Assembly (NCBI GenBank): GCA_041492755.1
Contig: JBGPXN010000005.1
Coordinates: 1 to 63,876, forward strand
Source of the DNA: Candidatus Methylomirabilia bacterium
Lineage (GTDB): Bacteria > Methylomirabilota > Methylomirabilia > Rokubacteriales > CSP1-6
DNA length: 63,876 nt
Reading direction: 5' to 3'
A model generated the notes under the pieces. That model was not told the origin of the DNA. It saw only the letters and a list, made by a program, of their open reading frames with translations, and made no database searches. This document shows positions 57,915-63,876 of this stretch, in pieces. Every line of letters begins with the position of its first letter. The stretch's first letter is position 1. A program made the position numbers and the translations under genes.

Positions 57915-58270
57915 GTCGCGGCGCAGGACACGACGAGGGTGTCGGCCTCGAGCCGGGCGGGCAGGGGTGTGAGCCGATCGCCGGCGCAGGGGCCGCCGGT
58001 GCACAGCCCGGTGGCCGGCTCGAACGTCGCGCCGTGGGTCGAGCACACGAACTCGCGCCCGTCCTCGGCGAGGAACTCGTTCGGCCAGAGATCGAGCGGC
58101 GTCCCGACGTGGGGGCAGCGGTTCACGTACGCGGCGTAGCCGGTCGCGTGATGGACGACGAAGCCCTCCACCCCACGGTCGCCGCAGCCGAGCCGGAACT
58201 TCGCGGTGGCGCCGGCGGGCACGGCCGACGCGGGACAGCGCCACTCGGCGGAGGCCGTCATGAGCCGCAT
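57911..58270 (-). CDS. Rieske 2Fe-2S ferredoxin-like protein
   Basis: NRCPH and CSTHGATF (CxH...CxxH), TG.C.GGPC. Confidence 0.9.
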   Translation of the reverse strand: MRLMTASAEWRCPASAVPAGATAKFRLGCGDRGVEGFVVHHATGYAAYVNRCPHVGTPLDLWPNEFLAEDGREFVCSTHGATFEPATGLCTGGPCAGDRLTPLPARLEADTLVVSCAAT

Positions 58271-58284
58271 GGTAGCATCGGCCC

Positions 58285-59227
<943 letters not shown>

Positions 59228-59244
<17 letters not shown>

Positions 59245-60022
59245 GCTGGAGGCGGTGTGGGCCTTCGTGGTCCGCAATCTGCTCATGGCCTCCCGCAACG
59301 TCTTCTTCTTCTTCGAGCTGCTCTTCTGGCCGGTGGTCGGCGTGCTCTCGATCGGGCTGATGACGCGGTTCCTGCACCTCGACGCGGCGCAGACGTCCTT
59401 CGTGCTCATCGGGACCATCGCGCTCTCGGTGATCAACGTGTGCCAGCTCGAGGTCGCCTACGCGGTGCTCTACGACGTCTGGAGCAAGTCGGTGAAGCAC
59501 CAGTTCCTGGCCCCCATCGGCGTCCGCCATTTGACGCTCGGCTCGTGGCTGGTGGGCATCCTGCGCGGCGTGCTGATCTTCATCATCCTCGCGCTGATCG
59601 CCCGCTGGGCGTTCGGCTTCGACCCGTTCCGCGGCGGCGTCACCGCGCTGGTCGTGTTCCTGATCGGCTGCTTCCTGACCGCCTGGGTGGTGGGCGTGTT
59701 CGTCTGCGCGCTCATCACGCTGGCCGGCAGCCGCGCCGAGGCCTTCGCGTGGGCGACGGTCAACCTCGTGCTCGTGCTGGCCGGCATCTACTATCCGGTG
59801 TCGATCCTGCCTCCGCCCGTGGCCGCGATCGCCTCCGCGATCCCGCTCACGTATTTCCTGGACGCCTACCGCGTCCACTTCGGCTTCACCTCCGAGTTCG
59901 CCCGGCCCATCGCCATGGGGTTCGCGCTGTCGGCGCTGTATGCGGTCCTCAGCCACTGGGCGTTCGTGGCCGCCGTCCGGCGGGCGCGCTACTCGGGGCT
60001 GCTGCTCAAGATGTCCGAGTAA
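59228..60022 (+). CDS. ABC-2-type permease
   Basis: Six TM segments, AGIYYPVSILP, IPLTYFLD; overlaps the ATPase. Confidence 0.88.
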
Positions 60023-60248
60023 GCGGCTGGATTGGTTCCAGAAGGAGTTCGGCGACCTGCGGGCCTGGCCCGCGTCCACTCGATAGCGCCCGCGTCCGGC
60101 GCGTTCTCGCGCCACACCGCGCCGTCGCCCTGATCCCCCACACCGGGGCCGCGCTCGATGTACACTGCGTGACGACCCGGCGCGAGCGGCGGGAGCGATG
60201 GAAACGGGCTCCCGAAGGGCCGGAATCCGCGAAATACGGAGAAGATAG

Positions 60249-61082
60249 ATGGCAGCGATCGGCGTGTTGAATCCGGGAGACATGGGAAGCGCGGTGGGCG
60301 CGGCCGCACGGGCAGCCGGGGCCCGCGTGCTCTGGGCGTCGGCCGGCCGCAGTGCGGAGACGCACGCGCGCGCCCGGGCCGACGGGCTCGAGGACGCGGG
60401 CACGCTCGCGCGGCTGGTGGGCGAGAGCCAGATGATCGTCGCCGTATGCCCGCCGGCGTCGGCGCTCGACCTGGCGCGGCAGGTCGGGGCGCTTGGTTTT
60501 CGCGGCACCTACGTGGACGGCAACGCCGTCGCGCCCGAGACGGCGCGCAAGATCGGCGACCTCGTGACGGCCGCGGGCGCCACCTTCGTCGACGGCGGCA
60601 TCATCGGCCCGCCGCCCCGCCGGCCAGGGACGACGCGCCTCTACCTCTCCGGCCCCGGCGCCCGTAACGCGGCGGTCCTGTTCAGCGGCAGCATGCTCGA
60701 GGCGATCCCGGTGGACGGCCCCGTCGGAGCGGCCTCCGCGGTCAAGATGGCGTACGCCTCCTGGACGAAGGGCTCGCACGCGCTCCTGATGTCCGTGCGC
60801 GCGCTCGCCGCGCACGAGGGCGTGGACGACGTGTTGCTGGCCGAGTGGGCGCGCTCGCAGGCGGATCTTCAAAAGCGCTCGGAGCAAGCGGTGGCCTCCA
60901 ACGCGCGCAAGGCCTGGCGCTTCGTCGGCGAGATGGAAGAGATCGCCGCGACGTTCCGCGCGGCCGGGCTGCCCGACGGCTTCCACGAAGCCGCGGGGGA
61001 GATCTATCGCCGCCTGGCGGGCTGGAAGGACACGCCCACGCCGCCTTCGGTGGCCGAGGTCTCGAAGACGCTCGCGCCCTGA
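60249..61082 (+). CDS. NAD(P)-dependent oxidoreductase (6PGDH NAD-binding + DUF1932-like)
   Basis: IGVLNPGDMG, FVDGGIIG.PP, ASAVKMAYASWTKG, AWRFVGEMEEIA. Confidence 0.87.
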   Translation: MAAIGVLNPGDMGSAVGAAARAAGARVLWASAGRSAETHARARADGLEDAGTLARLVGESQMIVAVCPPASALDLARQVGALGFRGTYVDGNAVAPETARKIGDLVTAAGATFVDGGIIGPPPRRPGTTRLYLSGPGARNAAVLFSGSMLEAIPVDGPVGAASAVKMAYASWTKGSHALLMSVRALAAHEGVDDVLLAEWARSQADLQKRSEQAVASNARKAWRFVGEMEEIAATFRAAGLPDGFHEAAGEIYRRLAGWKDTPTPPSVAEVSKTLAP

Positions 61083-61105
61083 GGCTTACGGGGCCATCGA
61101 ACGGC

Positions 61106-61672
61106 TCACTGACTCCTCTTGTCTTCCGGACTCCCGCTCTCGCGGAGCATGATCTCCCGGCGCTCCTGGTCACGCTGGGCAACCCGCTCGGCAGGCGTCT
61201 TCGAGTCCACCGGCTGCTCGCGCGCCCGGACCAGTTCCATGCACGTCTTGATACCCTCGATGAGGGCCTTGTGCTCTGCTTGCCCCGGGTCGAAGTCGCG
61301 CATCGACATCAGCGGCGCGGTGTGGCGGTCTGCCAGATCCACCACGCACACGGAGCTGTCACACGCGCAGAGGTCAATCTGGTAAGACCGCAGCACCGTC
61401 TCAGCGGGCATGGCGGGGTGCTCGAGGACCGTGTCCATTACGGCCGAGCTCGGAGCAGTGGGGGCCGAACCCGCTTGGCCGCTCGGTGGCAGCGGCAGCG
61501 GGAATCGCGGTTTGCGTGCGGGCTCGGCGCGGAGCCCGTCGCGACCGACGGGCTCCGGGTCGAGGGGAGATTTCTCGTCCGTCCGGTCGGGGCTGGGCCC
61601 CTGCATGAGGACGATGGAGAGCCCGGCGATGGCGATCGAACTGGAGACGACGGCGATGATCGACCGGCGCAT
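61106..61672 (-). CDS. Hypothetical exported/membrane-anchored protein
   Basis: N-terminal hydrophobic segment, Pro-rich linker, three Cys-containing segments; co-oriented downstream of the di-haem protein. Confidence 0.6.
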   Translation of the reverse strand: MRRSIIAVVSSSIAIAGLSIVLMQGPSPDRTDEKSPLDPEPVGRDGLRAEPARKPRFPLPLPPSGQAGSAPTAPSSAVMDTVLEHPAMPAETVLRSYQIDLCACDSSVCVVDLADRHTAPLMSMRDFDPGQAEHKALIEGIKTCMELVRAREQPVDSKTPAERVAQRDQERREIMLRESGSPEDKRSQ

Positions 61673-61716
61673 CGGTCACCCCTTCCGCAACGAACGCGTC
61701 CTGCCCACGTTGCGTC

Positions 61717-63507
61717 TCAGGGCTTGACTTCGTAGTCGGCGGGCGCCGTCACCTCGTAGCCGCACCCCATGGTCCGGATGCTGCTGCGATTCAGGAAGTG
61801 CGACCGCGCTGAGCTCTCCCACAGGCGCTTGATGGTCTGCTCCGCCTGCGGCATGTACTTCTCCGGCCCGCACATGTAGCGGGCGCTGAGGCCCTTGAAG
61901 GCCTGGAAATCCGTGAAGCTTCCGAACGCTAGGGCCCGATTCGCCTCTGCGCTGATGTGGCACGTCCGGCATGCCCTGGCCACCACCTGCTTGTAGAGCT
62001 GGCGGCTGTTGTCGTTGGTGTCCCAGCCGGGGGGAACGGCGTCGTTGCGGAACGTCGAGCGGGTGAAGGAGTCGTACCACGTGTTGATCAGCGCGTGAGG
62101 CGCGTCGAGGAAATAGAGGTCGGAAAAGTAGACGAGTCGATTGAGCGCCTTGAACTTGTCTTCCTGTTGCGCGCGCGAGCGGGGGTTGGCTGGATCCGGG
62201 CTGAAATACTCGAACGCCTGCAGGTCGAATGGCAAGAAGTACGCGCCGCTGACGGTGGAGGTCTGCAGGTCGTACGAGCTGGACGTGCCGTGGCAGACGA
62301 GGCAGTTCCCGGGATTGAACGTGTTGAACCCCTGGTTGTCGAGCTTTGCCGGTCCGAGGCTCAGGCGGTCGAACTCGTCGAAGACCAGGAAGAGCACCTT
62401 ATTGGCGGGTCGGTCGGACCCCACCCCTCCCATCCACCGTCGCTCGACCATGGCCACCGTCGCGAAGTGTTTACCGGCGTTGAGCGCCTGTAGCGTAGCC
62501 GGCCTGTCATCGAACTTGGCGACCGGCGTGGGGGGGGTCGTTGACCTATCGAGGCCGCCGTAGTTCCTGACGTAGCAGGCGACCTCCTGCGTGCAGTCGT
62601 TGTCGATGCAGTGCATCTCCCGCCCCAGGCCCAGGTCGCCCTTGTTGAAGTACGTCGCGACGGTCTCGGGGGTGGAGAGGCGCGCACAAGTGGGCCGGGC
62701 GGGATCCGGGACGATCGGTCCGAAGTACCGGTCCCGGAATTGCGCAAGGCTGAGAACGGAATCCAGGACGCGGGTACCTGCCCGGTCCACGCGCAAGCCT
62801 GAATAATACCGAAACGTCTCATCGACCTGCGTTCCCCTCGAGTTGGGGAACTGGATGCTCTTCTTGGCGAGGTAGTTCGGCTTCAGCTCGAGGCCGAAGA
62901 ACGGCTGGGTTGGGTTGGGATCAGAGTCGGACAGCACGAGGACGGGATCCAGCCCCTGCACGTTATCTCTGTCGAGCACGGGCAGGTACGCGCTGGCGTT
63001 GCCGCGTACCGCCTTGAAGCGCACGCGCGCCGTGCCCCCCCGCGGCCACGGGCCCACGCCGATATCGGATGTCCCGAAGTCGGGGTCGAGACTGTGAAAA
63101 AGAGGCACCACTCCAGTCCTCCAAGCGTACCGGGTCTCGCCGTTGACCACAGTGTCGTTGCTCGGAGTGAAAGTGACGTTGAGAATCCGGATCCACAGTG
63201 AGTCGCTCCTGGCGTCACCATTGCCCTGCTTCAGGACATAGACCTCGACCCTCCCCTCAGATCCGGGAAAATTCGTGTATCCCCTGTAGTTGAGGGCTTG
63301 GTCAGCCGGATTGCCGCGGACGTCGAAGCCGGCAAGCGGGGGGGCCTCGACGAGGCCACCCGGCGGCGTCTGTGCTTCGAGCAGGCGATCGGCCAGGAAG
63401 AACACGCCAGTAAACGCGACGGCGGCGACGCATCCGACCACAATTGGGATCGTGCGGCTGCGGAATAGACGACGGAACAGACTATTGGACGGGCTGGAAG
63501 CTGACAT
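61717..63507 (-). CDS. Secreted protein with two CxxCH motifs (putative di-haem c-type cytochrome)
   Basis: N-terminal TM/signal; CLVCH and CRTCH; distal Met candidate (YMPQAE). Confidence 0.7.
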   Translation of the reverse strand: MSASSPSNSLFRRLFRSRTIPIVVGCVAAVAFTGVFFLADRLLEAQTPPGGLVEAPPLAGFDVRGNPADQALNYRGYTNFPGSEGRVEVYVLKQGNGDARSDSLWIRILNVTFTPSNDTVVNGETRYAWRTGVVPLFHSLDPDFGTSDIGVGPWPRGGTARVRFKAVRGNASAYLPVLDRDNVQGLDPVLVLSDSDPNPTQPFFGLELKPNYLAKKSIQFPNSRGTQVDETFRYYSGLRVDRAGTRVLDSVLSLAQFRDRYFGPIVPDPARPTCARLSTPETVATYFNKGDLGLGREMHCIDNDCTQEVACYVRNYGGLDRSTTPPTPVAKFDDRPATLQALNAGKHFATVAMVERRWMGGVGSDRPANKVLFLVFDEFDRLSLGPAKLDNQGFNTFNPGNCLVCHGTSSSYDLQTSTVSGAYFLPFDLQAFEYFSPDPANPRSRAQQEDKFKALNRLVYFSDLYFLDAPHALINTWYDSFTRSTFRNDAVPPGWDTNDNSRQLYKQVVARACRTCHISAEANRALAFGSFTDFQAFKGLSARYMCGPEKYMPQAEQTIKRLWESSARSHFLNRSSIRTMGCGYEVTAPADYEVKP

Positions 63508-63876
63508 CAGGCCCCTCCTCTCGCGGGTTCATCGTTCTTGGCCCATGCGCGGCGCACTTCAAAAAGGTGTATCGCGGCCTTGTTGGCCTGTTCGGTCCCC
63601 ACCACAGCGGTCCCGTCGGGCGTTAACCTCAGGACGCGTCACCGCGATGGCTGGAGGTAGCGGGAAGTTGGCTCGCAGCGGGCGATCACGTCTCACCATT
63701 GCCCCCCTGCTCCCCCGCCGTCAGGAGGGGGACGGAAACACGGTGCAGGCACACTAGAGCCGGGCCCTTTAGGTGTCAACATGTTTTTTCTTGACATCAC
63801 GCGCGGCCGGAGCGTTGGCGCAGCGTTGGATAGCCCCTCGAACCGGGGCGGCGTGAAGGAGCCTGCGATGATCTTC

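Overview
High-GC bacterial chromosomal window. By gene content and style it resembles Candidatus Rokubacteria/Methylomirabilota (inference only). About 1-29.6 kb is mostly housekeeping and metabolic genes: mutY-mutT, ygfZ-like, a TPP riboswitch with thiSGE, tldD-pmbA, tatD, uppP, an enoyl-ACP reductase and two GT-C glycosyltransferases, with GC-rich REP-like palindromes between genes. From about 29.6 kb on it is accessory-rich: a secreted metzincin/GMC-oxidoreductase operon, a class III cyclase-STAND protein, a P450, two nucleotidyltransferase toxin-antitoxin pairs, a sugar ABC transporter, a kexin-like S8 surface protease and a di-haem secreted protein. The most striking structure is a shattered DNA topoisomerase VI locus at about 44.5-56.4 kb. 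The 3' end of top6A occurs three times as direct repeats that differ mostly at synonymous positions, and top6B-derived pieces occur twice. These repeats bracket cargo blocks, as expected of an integration hotspot that uses top6 coding sequence as its attachment site, but no integrase lies in the window. One cargo block encodes an S8 protease whose pro-domain appears to be a separate, independently secreted gene. That protease shares a C-terminal 7 x 52-aa repeat module with an unrelated FG-GAP protein 30 kb away. All protein calls come from motif recognition by eye; no database searches were run.
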